From: Takakia lepidozioides
Taxonomy: Eukaryota > Plantae > Bryophyta
Direction of reading: 5' to 3'
DNA: 64,000 nt
Assembly (NCBI GenBank): GCA_030704615.1
Contig: CM060732.1
Span: 5,270,001 to 5,334,000, forward strand
The position numbers and the translations under genes were made by a program. The first letter of the stretch is position 1. Each line of letters starts with the position of its first letter. Below are positions 13,508 to 25,500 of the stretch, piece after piece. A model generated the notes under the pieces. The model did not search any database. It was not told where the DNA came from and saw only the letters and a list, made by a program, of their open reading frames with translations.

Positions 13508-14049
13508 TGATTCCGGCGCTATGGGTTTGTTCCCCTTCCTCTACCGGACTTGACCCTATCTGGGGAATGTAGTCGGTAGAAGGGCCTTGCAGAGAAGACG
13601 GAATCTTACTAAGAGGACGCCATAGACTCAAGCCTCCAAACACTTTCTTCCAACCACTCAAGCTCATCGTTACGCCCAACCTACACTCGCATAAGACTCA
13701 AAAGCCACCACCCTCACTGCCACGGCAGTGAGGTTTAAATAGTATTAGGTCATAATCTAATCCTAGTGCCGTGTGGCACTTACACATAGGTCCACCAGAT
13801 GCCCTCCCAGCACAGCCATAGAAAGAAGCAAGATCACCCAGTCCCATCCTAATCTGATCCTAAACTAGCTGTTAGAATAAGACAGCCCCTAATAAAGGCA
13901 TCAGTTGTTGCCAGCTCATCCTCATGCGCAAGGTGTAAGTCCATCCAGCCTTCATCCTGGCTTCGTCCATCCCTTAAATCATCCGGAGCGCATCCCTCCT
14001 CCGTTCATCCATGTCGAAAAGTAAGGTGAGAAGGAATCCCAACTCTACA
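13508..14049 (-). repeat. LTR (~540 bp) of Ty3/gypsy family A, minus orientation
   Basis: Near-identical reverse complement of 18240-18780; TG...CA termini on the minus strand. Confidence 0.9.
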
Positions 14050-14520
14050 TATGTGAAGCCTGTTGGGGCCACAAGAAACCGCGAGCTCTTGCGAGTGATG
14101 AGCTCAGGGAGAACAAACTGAAGACTATCCAAAACAAGCTACACACCCGGCACACAAGGGATGAAAAAACCTAGGGAAGAAAACCTCACCCTGCAAGCTG
14201 GGTGGAGGACAAAACATCCCATAGGAAAAACCCCGAGTGCTACAAATGGTGCAGAAAACTAGCACGAAATTCAAACACTACTCTAAAGAAGAGCCTGCCA
14301 TAGTGCGAGCTGTCCGAGCTGTGGGGGTGAAGATCACCTGACGGTTCTCAACATTCAAACATGTTAGATATATCAAAAGTAAGAGTGCATGGAACAAGTA
14401 GTGAAACATGAATGGAGCTAGCTAAGTGAGGAGTAGAGGCGGGAGCAAGACATACTGCCTGCCAGGAAGAATATCAGAGATAAGGTAAGGGCCATCAATT
14501 CTTCGTTTGGCCTTGGAAAT

Positions 14521-16460
14521 CTACTTACCAGGCTGGAGTCTCACACAAACAGAATGACCTACCTTGAATGACTCAGAATACACAACACGGCGGTTGTAAT
14601 TCTTTGCCTGAGCAGCTTGAGCAAACACAATGTTAGATTTGGCAGTTTCCCTCAAACTACGCCGTCTAGCATCCATGGAAAGCAAGAAGGCTTCCCAATT
14701 CTCAGGCTTAGTAGCCGAGACCTGCAGCCAGGAGATATGCAAAGGGGTTCTACATTTCCTACCATATAAAAGTTCAAAAGGTGAGAGTTTGGTACTGGCA
14801 TGGATAGAAGTCATGTAGGCAAAGAGCAGAATAGGCACAACAGTATCTCATTCAACAATGAGTGTGCCATTCTTCTCAAGCATCTGGCATATAGTTTTGT
14901 TAAATCGTTCTGTCAAACCATTGCATTGGGGATTGTAGGGAGCAGTAACGGCATGCTTAGTGTTGAGATTAAATAAGACAATCTCCATAAGTTGGTTGCA
15001 GAACTCTGTACCTTGATCCGTGAGGATTTCCAGAGGGCAACCATGACGAAGAATCACCTTATCAAAGAAGAATTGCACCACCTCATCACTATCCTTAGCA
15101 ACCAGAGGTCGGAGCTCAACCCATTTCGTTAGGTAGTCTGTGGCAACCGCAAGGTATGCATGGCCCTTGGACGTGGATTTAAGGGGTCCGACTAGATCTA
15201 AGCCAACCCTGACAAATGGTTCAGTCACTGGAATAGGCTATAAAGGCAAGGGAGCTTCGCTTCTAGGTAGGATGGTCTTAGCATGACATGGCACACACCT
15301 TGCAATGAAAGCTGAGACATCTTTAACTAAGCCTTTCCAGTGGTACTGCTCCTGTAATCTCTTGACAGTTTTAGCAACCCCCAAATGGCCAGCATAAGTA
15401 GAAGCATGGTATAATTCGAGCAAAGCAGGGATAGCGGACCTAGAAGGGACTTCCACAGCAGAGGTACCTTCCAAAGCAGTAACTCTGAACAATCTCCCTT
15501 CACTTTCCCGGTGGCTGGGTAAGTGATAATTGACTTGCCTCATGAGCAGCTTGGATATTCCACTAAGGTGGGTGTCGGTTTTGCACCTATGGAGAAGAGC
15601 ATCGTATAATGGATCATCCATGCCTACATCACTCATGGCCACACAACAGCACGTTAGTGCAGGCGAGAAGAAAGTGGCAGCCCCCGTTCTCTTCCTTTCG
15701 GAATCCTGACTTCATTTTCAGTTGGTTGCCTATGAGGAGGCAAGCAGGCTGTAAGGCACAGCTCAGTCCCTCGGTCAGGAAACAAACCAAGGCAGGCGCA
15801 AGACAAGATGAGCAAGTCGAAGGTAAGGGAAAGTACCAGACCAATCTGCAGGATGCCAGACAAAAATTCATGCCAATACCAGGGGAGATTCAACCAACAT
15901 CAAATTGTAGAAGATCCCAAGTGTCAAGCAAATCTGGAGGAACATAAGGATAATCCAGTAAATGACACAAGGCATAGGGGTCAGAAACAGGTACAGTGGG
16001 TGAGGGAGAGCGTGCAGCTGGGGAGACTAGATCACTTAAGGTAGTGTAAGGGGCAGGGATTTTGGATTCGCCTCGAGTCAAAGCATCAACATTGACATTA
16101 TCCTTCCCACGCTTGTAGCCTTGCAAAATGAGAGCCCACCTAGCTAACCTGCCAGTGAGTTCACGAGGGGTTAGTAAGGCTTTTAAAGGTAGATGATCAG
16201 TTTCAATGGCAAAATGACAGCCATGTAAATACTGCCTAAAATATTTAACTCCAAAGATAACGGCAAGGCCTTCCTTCTCTGTGATGGAGTAATTACGCTC
16301 ATGTTTATCAAGGCAGCGAGAGGCATAGGCGATGGCATGCTCCTGACCATCTTGAACCTGGCTCAACACTGCAGAGATAGCTAGATCACTGGCATCAGTT
16401 TGCAAGAGAAACGGCAAGGTAAAATCAGGATAGGCAAGCACAAGTGCAGAAGTTAGTGCA
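14521..16460 (-). mobile_element. Ty3/gypsy pol 3' half (RNase H and integrase), pseudogenised
   Basis: RNase H PDFTLPFLLQTDASD...IAYASR...ERNYSITEKEGLAV...TDH; integrase Zn motif H...GHLG...C..C; core GLDLVGPL...DYLTKWVE...TDQGTEF...YNPQCNGLTERFN. Split by stops and frameshifts. Confidence 0.92.
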
Positions 16461-16469
16461 ATTTTGAGC

Positions 16470-17883
16470 TGTTGGTTTGAAAAGTGTGTGATATGGGCAT
16501 GTGGTGGGGCAGTTGGAGGGGCTCTTGGACCCATTCTATTATTAGGTCCTAGCTTCGGTCCTCTCCCCACTTGGAAGGGCTGCTTAGATTCCCTTGTCAT
16601 GCCATATTGGTCCTGTTTCTATTTCACTTGGGATTCCGAGCGGATATGCTGGGCAAATTGACCTTCGCTGGACATTTCACCCTCCCTACTCGAGCAATCT
16701 ATTTGATATTTGAGTAGTGAACACCATTGATGGTTGCTGCAATCTAGCTCCCCCTCCTAGTGGTGAGATTGATTGGATCATTCACTCCTCCTTGTTTTGG
16801 TCCCTCGTGCCCCTATGGCCATGTTGCAATTTGATCTTGGAGAGTGGTCCTGGATGGACGCCAAACATACCTCTTTTGTCGGTTATTCAGCCAAGATGGG
16901 TTATACTCTACAACGCCCTCCCCCCCCCCCCCCCCCCCCCTCGTACCAATGTCTGGAACAAGAAACAGAATCTCCTTATTCCACTTTCCACCTGGAAGCT
17001 GATTTGGAAAGATGTAGTCTGGCAGAGAGACAGGGCTGCAAAACTATCCGGCTTTTGTGGAAACTGGCAAACCACATTCTCCGTATCCGCTCCCCGAGAA
17101 ATGTTCAGGATTTGTGTCCTATCTGCCCTCTGAATGTGCCCGAGACTGTTGAACACTGTCTTTTTCAGTGCCCCCTCGCAAAGACTGTATGGGGGTTAAT
17201 TACTTCTTTCTATTCTCGCTGGCACCCTCTCCCTACTCTTCTTCTGAACTTGCATATTCTACAATTCTACTCCTCTTTTTTTATCTGGACTTGCCTTAGA
17301 GCACATTCTTTATGGCGCATTTGGAAAAATAGGTGTTCTCATCTTTGAGGGGAAATGCCCCAGCATCAAATTGATTATGTCTAACATATACTCAGATCTG
17401 ATGACTGATTGGAGAAAAGCTTGGATCTCTCTGTTGGCAACCACATGCAGGTGCTCTGATTGAAGAAGAACGCAATTTTTTCAAGCCTTCAACCACTCCT
17501 AGGCCAAGAACAACATTCTCTGCACCCGCCTCTCAGACCTTCAGATCTCCTGGCACGACTACCTCCCCGAAGAATGGGGGTCCTTTGCCGGAGGCTGATG
17601 ACCTTGATGTGAATTGGCACCACCCCAAGGAGCGTGTGGCCAAAATCTAAACTCACCTGGAATTTTAGCCTTAATTTTCACTCATGTTCTCTTCTCCTTG
17701 CTTAGCTTGTTACCTCTTTTCTCGTTGCTCTAGTTGTTTCTTCGTGGTCACGGAATGGTATCCCCTAATACGCTTTATGGCTTGTTCCGAGGGGTTATTT
17801 TTTCCCGTCCTTTTTTAATTTGATCAACAGGGCCTCTGTCCCTTTTTTCTTAAAATTAAAAAAAAAAAGAAAAAAAGAAAAAG
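16470..17883 (+). mobile_element. 5'-truncated L1-type LINE 3' end (zf-RVT region, 3' UTR, A-rich tail)
   Basis: LLWKLA...CPICP..PETVEHCLFQCPLAKTVW...LWRIWKNRC zf-RVT motif; A-rich tail at about 17853-17882. Confidence 0.8.
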
Positions 17884-18239
17884 TGAGTGGTACAATTGAA
17901 GAGCATTACTGGCTACAGGGAGCGAGAAAGAGCGGCTCCATGCCAAATGGCTCGCAAACCAAGGGCTGAGGTGGCGATTCATCTTGGCGGCTGAGAGGTA
18001 GGGTGGCAATAATGGAAAGGACATGGACGCCAGTTTGGCTATTGGCTGGGGCCACCATTGCTGGGCTGGCGATTACATATAGGGTAATGCCCTGAGTGGA
18101 GGCATTCCCGGATTTAAGGGCCTGACGCCGAGGGTGGTAGCCCCAGGGGAATGCCCGAAAATCGGGGAATGAGGGCATTGACAAACCACTTTGAACTCCA
18201 TTCAACACCTTGGCCTTGCCTGTAATATGCGTTGAGGGA

Positions 18240-18797
18240 TGTAGAGCTGGGATTCCTTCTCACCTTACTTTTCAACATGGATGAACGGAGGAGGGATGCA
18301 CTCCGGATGATTTAAGGGATGGACGAAGCCAGGATGAAGGCTGGATGGACTTACACCTTGCGCATGAGGATGAGCTGGCAACAACTGATGCCTTTATTAG
18401 GGCTGTCTTATTCTAACAGCTAGTTTAGGATCAGATTAGGATGGGACTGGGTGGTCTGGCTTCTTTCTATGGCTGTGCTGGAAGGGCATCTGGTGGACCT
18501 ATGTGTAAGTGCCACACAGCACTAGGATTAGATTATGACCTAATACTATTTAAACCTCACTGCCGTGGCAGTGAGGGTGGTGGCTTTTGAGTCTTACGTG
18601 AGCGTACGTTGGGCGTAACGGTGAGCTTGAGTGGTTGGATGAAAGTGTTTGGAGGCCTGAGTTTGTGGCGTCCTCTTAGTAAGATTCCGTCTTCTCTGCC
18701 AGGCCCTTCTACTGACTACATTCCTCAGATAGGGTCAAGTCCTGTAGAGGAAGGGGAACAAACCCATAGCGCCGGAATCATGGTGGAGATGCGGGGT
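18240..18797 (+). repeat. 5' LTR of Ty3/gypsy family A with a tRNA-Ala-type PBS
   Basis: TGTAGAG...GAATCA (18240-18780) followed directly by TGGTGGAGATGCGGGGT, complementary to a tRNA-Ala 3' end. Confidence 0.88.
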
Positions 18798-18990
18798 AAC
18801 TAAAATCGTTGACAGAGGATTTAGCGGGTACGGAACACCTGAGAACAGTAGATTGGGTACGGGGGATCCTGCATGATTGCAGGGAGAGGAAGTGGCAAAA
18901 TGGCGGCTGGTGTCTTGCGCGCAAGGAGAGAGAGAGAAAGTTTGCCTACTCGTGTTCTTCTGTGTTTTGAGAGTTTAGCACGCAAGCACC

Positions 18991-19911
18991 ATGGCTTCCA
19001 GTTCTGAGCGTGGTTGGTTTGAACTTGATCAATTCGAAGGCCCGCGCTTGAAGCAAACACTGGCATTGGAATCTCGCTATATTTGCGAGCTTGCACGCAA
19101 CCTGTTGCCTGAGCAGTTGGTTTTTGTTGATTATCCGGAGGGAGAACCCATTCCGCGCCCTGAGCTCCCGCTGGACACGCCTTCGGAGTTCTGGGCCAAA
19201 ACCTTTGAGGAAACCGCGCGCAAGGAAGCCTGCAAACCCATACGCACCAAAGCGGAGCAGAGGGAGCAGAGGAGGCGCATTCGCAAATCTCTTCAGGGGG
19301 CCTATGCTGCGCGCCTGCTCCTCAAACTTCACTCCAGGGAAGTCACTCTACAAATCCCCCTTGCTAGTGCCAAGGAGCAGTTGGAGAGTGGTGAGAAGCT
19401 TAGTTGGGCTGTCTTGGGCATTCCACAATTCTCTGTGAGTAGAGAATTGGGTGTGGAGCTAGAGAGCTTCCTGCCTCCTGACAAGCCGAGCCCTCTACGC
19501 TTGTGGGAACTGGTTAAGGGAGGAACATCTATCCTGCTTGCTAATTTAAGACCTCGAGTTCCGCCAGCCCCTACCCGGGATCCCACTTGGGAAGAGCTCA
19601 TCATGGGTATCCCTGACTCTGAGTTTCCTTTTTGTCCCAGTGATGTATTGATCTTTCCGGGGGTGTGTTTTCGGCGTGAAACGGTAGGTCTCTACAAGGC
19701 CGAAGAAGCTCAAACATATCCTACACACACGCTGTTGGTGAAAGAGAAAGTGGTGCGCAACATTGTGCGCGTGGCTTTTTGGCTCAAGGGAGAAGAAGAA
19801 CTGTGGGCATTCTTGGGAGAAGGAGTGTACCTACTGCACAAGCACCGCTTCATCACCTCTCACTGTGTGTCTGGGTGGGACTCGCAGCTTAGTGCTCCTT
19901 CGGACAGGTAG
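18991..19911 (+). CDS. Extra ORF (306 aa, unknown function) between the PBS and gag of family A
   Basis: Uninterrupted ATG-to-stop ORF inside the element; no recognisable gag or pol motif. Confidence 0.55.
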   Translation: MASSSERGWFELDQFEGPRLKQTLALESRYICELARNLLPEQLVFVDYPEGEPIPRPELPLDTPSEFWAKTFEETARKEACKPIRTKAEQREQRRRIRKSLQGAYAARLLLKLHSREVTLQIPLASAKEQLESGEKLSWAVLGIPQFSVSRELGVELESFLPPDKPSPLRLWELVKGGTSILLANLRPRVPPAPTRDPTWEELIMGIPDSEFPFCPSDVLIFPGVCFRRETVGLYKAEEAQTYPTHTLLVKEKVVRNIVRVAFWLKGEEELWAFLGEGVYLLHKHRFITSHCVSGWDSQLSAPSDR

Positions 19912-19950
19912 TCGTGTCCTTCTCTTCTCATGCCTGTATTTACAAGATCT

Positions 19951-21013
19951 ATGCTAGAAAGGGAAGCGGAAGAAACAATGGGACTGAGTGAGTTGGAAAA
20001 ACGTGCAGCGGAGGAGAGGGAAGAGACAACAACTACTGAAAAGAATAATATGGAAAGGGGAGAGTCGTCCGGAGATCACAAAGATCCGGCGACTGTGCCT
20101 CAGCCCACATTTGATTTGGATGAGCTGTGTGAAGCCATGGGGGTGATTTCAAATTGCCCCCCCCCTTTTGAAGATGTTGCTGAAACAATCTGAGGTTCCG
20201 GACACTACTCCACGAAAATCTGATCATGGAGAGCGGATGATCTTGGAATCAGCATTGAAATGAATGGAGTTCCCCCACGATTCCAAGTCAAGTCCTTTCG
20301 GATCTGTCTCAAGGGAGAGGCCAGGCAACTGTTTGAGTCCAACATTAAGGACAAAAATGATCTTACGTGGGTCGAAGCTAGAGAGTTGGCTCGTAAGCTC
20401 TTTCGTGAAGAAAAGCCCATAGCTTACACCACACCAGACTTAAAATATCATTATGGCGACAGTGTGTGGAAATACTACACTGATTTACGAACTGCAATTT
20501 GTAAGTCGGTTTTGATTACATCAGAGAGACCTGCTATTTTGAAACATTGTAGGCTTGCCCCCTACTGAGAAAGTGTTTTTGCAAAAACAATCTTACACCA
20601 CTGAAGATGAGATGGTGGAATTGATTGAGGAACGGTTATGTCTCAAAGCTGCTAAGGCAGGCCTGTCTAAAGTTACCAACACGAAACACACTCATCTAGC
20701 TAGTGAGAGTCACTGTGTAGAGCCTACTGATGGGGACCCTAGGGTGAAAGGTATTGTAGCAGATCTGGTCCCTTCCATTGTGCATGAATTATCATCCTTT
20801 TGTAATGAAATCCAGGGAGAACTGCAAGCCTTCAAGGCTGAGGTAGGCTGGAACCCTCCAGTCCCTGCCAAATCCGGGACTCAAGGTAAAGCCCATGCTG
20901 GCATGCGTCATGACACCAGGACCTCAGTGGTGGCTTGCATGATTTGCAAGTCCATCAAGCATTACACCAGGTGGTGCCCTTATCAATCTGACTTGCCTGC
21001 CCTGATTGAATAG
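19951..21013 (+). pseudogene. gag of family A (stops and frameshifts)
   Basis: FRICLKGEARQLFE...LTW capsid-like motif; Zn knuckle CMICKSIKHYTRWC. Confidence 0.7.
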
Positions 21014-21063
21014 TTACAAAGGGATAAGAAACACCAGGGTACTTTAAACGAACCAGGTCGTCT

Positions 21064-22095
21064 GTGAGGGTGCCAGATGACCATGGTAAGAATCCCAACA
21101 CACTGGTAAGTGCTGTTCTTTCTCGTGATTTCAAACTCATGCATTGTGAAGCCTATAAACGTGTCAGTCGGGACCGTATCCACCCATTGATGACACAATG
21201 CCATGTAGGCCACCTTTCCTTTCCATGTGTTATTGATACGGGCTGTACCATGTCTGCCATTCCACTTAGTACAGTTCGCATTCTTGGATTAAAGATTGGC
21301 TCTGCTCATGGCCTTGTGGTTACCATAGCTGATGGCACGGCTTATGAACCTATTGGGTTAGTCACCTTACCTATCCACATTAGTGGGAAAACAGTCTTGC
21401 TGGCCTGCATTGTCACCATGGGTGAGCAAGTTTTGCTGGGTCTGGATTGGATGAAGGGTGTAGAGGCTAGCATAGACATCATGAATAACATTATGTGTCT
21501 TCACAATGGTGAAGGGCAACCCTACAAGGTGAATCTAAACCATGTTACTATTGCTGCTGGGACCTCTATGGCCAACTATTCTCGTCTCAAGCTTCAAGCT
21601 GAGCAGATGAAGGAGCAAGTGGGTTTGCATTATAATTGGGCCAGGTTCAGCCAGTTCCACCCACTTGGTAATACCTTGTACCAATGGCATTTCCCTCCAC
21701 CAGGTAAGAAGTCTGGACCTCCCCTGCCAGTGGCAAAGAATTCCCTTTTGCTACGTTCTCCTATTGACTTCATCATCCCTGTTTTTTCTCAACGCATAGT
21801 ACCTACAGGTCTAGCTTTTGCTTGCCCTGCAGGTCATTTCATTGAGATTGAGGGCTGGAAGAAACTTACCCTCCAGAAGCACTGTCTGGTTGCTTCTGGG
21901 GTTTTAGACAGGGGTTTCAACGGAGAGGTCAGGTTACTGATTGCTAATCCTGAACGTATCAGCATCAGTGTCCGTAAGGGTCAGGTCCTTGCTAGGCTCA
22001 CTGCTTCTCCTTTGTCTGAGCTGACCTCTGTTCAGAAAGGTCTCAGTCTTCATGATATCGGACTGGTGGACTCCCCTGTAGACCAACTGCAGGCG
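21064..22095 (+). mobile_element. Aspartic protease plus dUTPase-like domain of family A, truncated before RT
   Basis: CVIDTGCTMSAI...VLLGLDWM protease. About 21745-22000 reads IVPTGLAFACPAG...ASGVLDRGFNGEVRLLIAN...VRKGQVLARL, the trimeric dUTPase pattern. Confidence 0.8.
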
Positions 22096-22500
22096 TGAGT
22101 CTGTCTGCTGAAGCTGTAAATAGCGCAAGACCCTCAACATCTCCCAAAACAGGCGTGACCTTGAGTCTTGTAACCCATTGCCATACCCAGCTGATGAAAG
22201 CCCTTGGCAGGGCCAACCTGCCACTACAAAGTGAATAGGGCTAACCCGCTCCAAATCATGCGCTCCCAGCAAGGAGATGTCTGCTGGCAAGGCTTGTTGG
22301 TATCCACAAACTGCAGACACTGGCAACAAATCAGGGTACTGCTACACCAACTGAGCAACATGGCGCAGTGAGACGCGTCGTGCAGTCTCATCCCTCTCCA
22401 CATATAGGTAATGTCGAACTCGTACACCTGCCTGCAGCACTGCAGCCAATCCAGTGCTAATCCCGCCAAACAAGTCCAAAAGGCATATGCCTTCATCTAG
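22095..22500 (-). pseudogene. C5-cytosine DNA methyltransferase domain (motifs I-V) inside the retrotransposon pol
   Basis: LLDLFGGISTG (motif I), YVERD (II), DI (III), VVAGWPCQGLSSAG (catalytic PC, IV), GLQDSRSRLF (V). One in-frame TAG at 22342-22344; cut off before the ENV motif. Confidence 0.9.
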
Positions 22501-25500
22501 GCACTGCCACACAAGAGGTGTGGTGTCCAATGGCGACAACTGAGGTGGTCCTGGTGCAATCACCGCACTCTCCTCCTCTCCTGACGGTACAAAGGCCTCT
22601 ACCCAGGCTTGTTACACCCGTCTATCAGCAGCATGCTGCAAATCCTTGCTCGTACCCCACAATGGAGTGTGAGCAACCATGGCAGGCAACTCCGCCGTAC
22701 CATGCATGTCATCCTGCTCTGCTGGAGGTGGCACATCCTCTGCATGGGCATTGCCCTCCAGCAACTCTCCAGGCCAACTAACTGCAGCTATGAAGGCTGC
22801 TAGTGTTGGCATCTTGCCCCGTTGGGCAGCAGCAACATCCCCAATGAACGTCACAGGGAGCTGTACACGATGACCATCCTCTGACTGCCATCCAGGCCTG
22901 TAGGATGCTGACTCCTCCCAAAAATCAAGGGTGAAGCCCATGGGATACAACACTACCCCACCAACGAGGACATCGTAAGAGACCGCGTCTGTCACAATGG
23001 CCTTGGCTCGCATCATTGAGCCATCTATAGGATGATCCGGCTGTAGTCTAATGGCCAACTCACGCCGTGTCATGCCCCGAGCCTGCTCTGATCCTCCCAG
23101 AGATGTTTGTGGGACAAGGCTCCATATCCGCCTCCATGAGGCCCAAACCTGCAATAGCGGCTTTGCCCAACATCAGTGGCTGAGCTCCCGAGTCCAACAA
23201 GACCCGCAGTGGCCGGTACCTCTTGCCTGCCGGTCCATTCAAAGAGAAAATGTCATCCTGGTTGTCTAACAAGACAACTCCAGGTGTCACCATGGCGCGC
23301 TCAAAGGTTGGTCTAGCTGGCAGCTCCGTCAACCTGGCAGCTGCAGCTTGCCATGGCGCAGCCGTGGCAGTCTTGACCCTCAAATCCGAGGATCCCTCTG
23401 CCACTACACCTCCATTAACTCCGCAGAAGATGAAGTGACCTCCCCACTCTCACAGAGTGTTGCTGCTAGTTTGAACACTGCAGCTGGTCTTACCCCCGGC
23501 GCCGCAATCATGGTTGTCGAGAACAGTGGGGCCTGACACACAGAGGTGGCCGCCCCCAACAACACACTGGCTGCACTAGCCTTGGCAGCAGGTGTCAGTG
23601 CTGCACGTGTAGCTCTTTCCAATGGCACAATAACCTCCACCTCGGTATCCGTGGGGCGAGAATTAGGTGCCATGGATGTCGTCGACACTGTCTCCACCAA
23701 GATGAATGATTGAGACAATCTAGCCTGACGGCTTGCCTCCCCACGTTGTGAATCCAACTCCACCTCTGCACCTCGTGGCTCAGGAACTCGTACTGCTCCT
23801 CGGGTGACGGCTGCAGCAGACTCCACCTGCACTAGTGGTAGTGCTGCCCCACACATAAATCCCATGCCTCCCATGTCTCCTCCGTCAGGATGACGCTACT
23901 AAGGAGGAACAAGAGGTGGACCCTCAGGTCTTGGAGCTGGTACCACTTGAGCTGTGGCCATGGCAGCGAGCCTTTGCTCTAGCTGCTGAAGCCGGATGGC
24001 CATACCTTGATCAACGCCCTGACCTCCACGTCCTTTGCCATACTGTGCTTGCCCTCGTCCTACACCTCATCCTCTCTGAGGTGCTCCACCTCGCCCTCGG
24101 CCACCATTGTTCCCTTGGAACTGGTCTCGCCGCAACTCAGGGTGCAAGTCATAACACTGGGCATCTCCATGCCTATACTTGCCACAATGCCCACACTGCA
24201 ACTGTGCAGGCTGTGCTTGTGCCGGCCCTTTGCCACTTTCTGGGCAATCTTTCTTGACTTGGGGTCCTCCACATGTCCAACATACCACCCCTGGTTGCTG
24301 TTGGCCTGCAAAAGAAGCTACTGGCCTCTGCACCTGAGGTCCCCTGTAAGCTCCATGGAATTTGGGTTGGGCAACCTTGCCCCCCTGACCACGCTGTTGG
24401 GCAGTCCCTTGTACCTGTTGGCTGGCAGCTACGCCTCGTGCAGGCATGTCCTTGCCAAATCCCAATGGTAACAACTCGCCCCTCCACCATGTTGAGCTCA
24501 ATCCGCTCAGCCAACAAAAACACATCCGCTAATATGGGTTGGGCCGCTTGTAACAGGGTTGCATCCCGCACCCTTCTCCTGAGCTCCTTGTCCAAAATTT
24601 CCATACCAGAACTGGACTACCTAAGCTTCAGTAACCCCTTGGGTCACACTTATCAAGCGCCTCATACGAGTGTAGGCCTCTCGCAAGCTCTCACTGGATT
24701 TGCGCTGGAAGTCTTGCAAACTTCGCAGCTTCTTGTCCGTACACCTTGGTAGTTCCTCCGCAACTCCTGGAAGAAATCCACCACCGGGTTGAATCTAGGC
24801 ACATGTGTTGTAGTCGTGGCAGGAGGAGTAGTAGCACCTTTTGAACTGGTACCACCTGCAGAAGTACCGGCACTACTTGTTCCACTACTAGTGCTTGTAG
24901 TTGGAGATGTTTGTGTAGCTGCTGGTGTCACCGCTGCCCTTGTGCCTCTAGTGATTGAGACATAGTTAGGTGACCAATACTCTCGTCACTCCTCAATCTC
25001 CACCGCATGTCCCCGCCTAAATTCATGGTAATCATCCATGGGCGGCCCCTCAAGGTGCTGGAATAGCCCATTCCATGCCTAAAGGGCCACGTAAACAGTG
25101 GGATTGCGTATTTGCTGCAAATCACACCAACTATCAAACTCTTGTATAAAGTCATCAAGCTCGATGGTGCTTACAGCTCCAGAGTACCTACGTGGCCCCT
25201 TGGTAGCTCCATACATCTCCTCCATCGTGTCCACAACAATGCACGGAAATGACTACTTGCCCTCGGCGATAATCCTCCTGACTCCGAGTCTGAACCTTCC
25301 TCAGAAGACATTGAAGGTGAAAGTGGCCTAAACCGCACACCTCGTCTTGTGTACCCACTAGTATCGCTGGTGCTCGTACCGGCACTCCCCTCAGCAGCTG
25401 GTGGCACCTCCATGATGAAAACTCACAACCACACCTGCTGTAAACCTGTCTCTAATCCCCCTTTCCACAAGGTAACCGGGTAGAGAACCTGTTGCAGCTT

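Noticed and set aside
16921-16940. Poly-proline ORF from a C20 run
   Set aside because: Homopolymer inside a dead LINE; its length is unreliable and it has no coding meaning.
13508-18780. DNA transposon with 540-bp TIRs
   Set aside because: The repeats have TG...CA ends and one is followed by a PBS and gag, so they are LTRs in opposite orientation.
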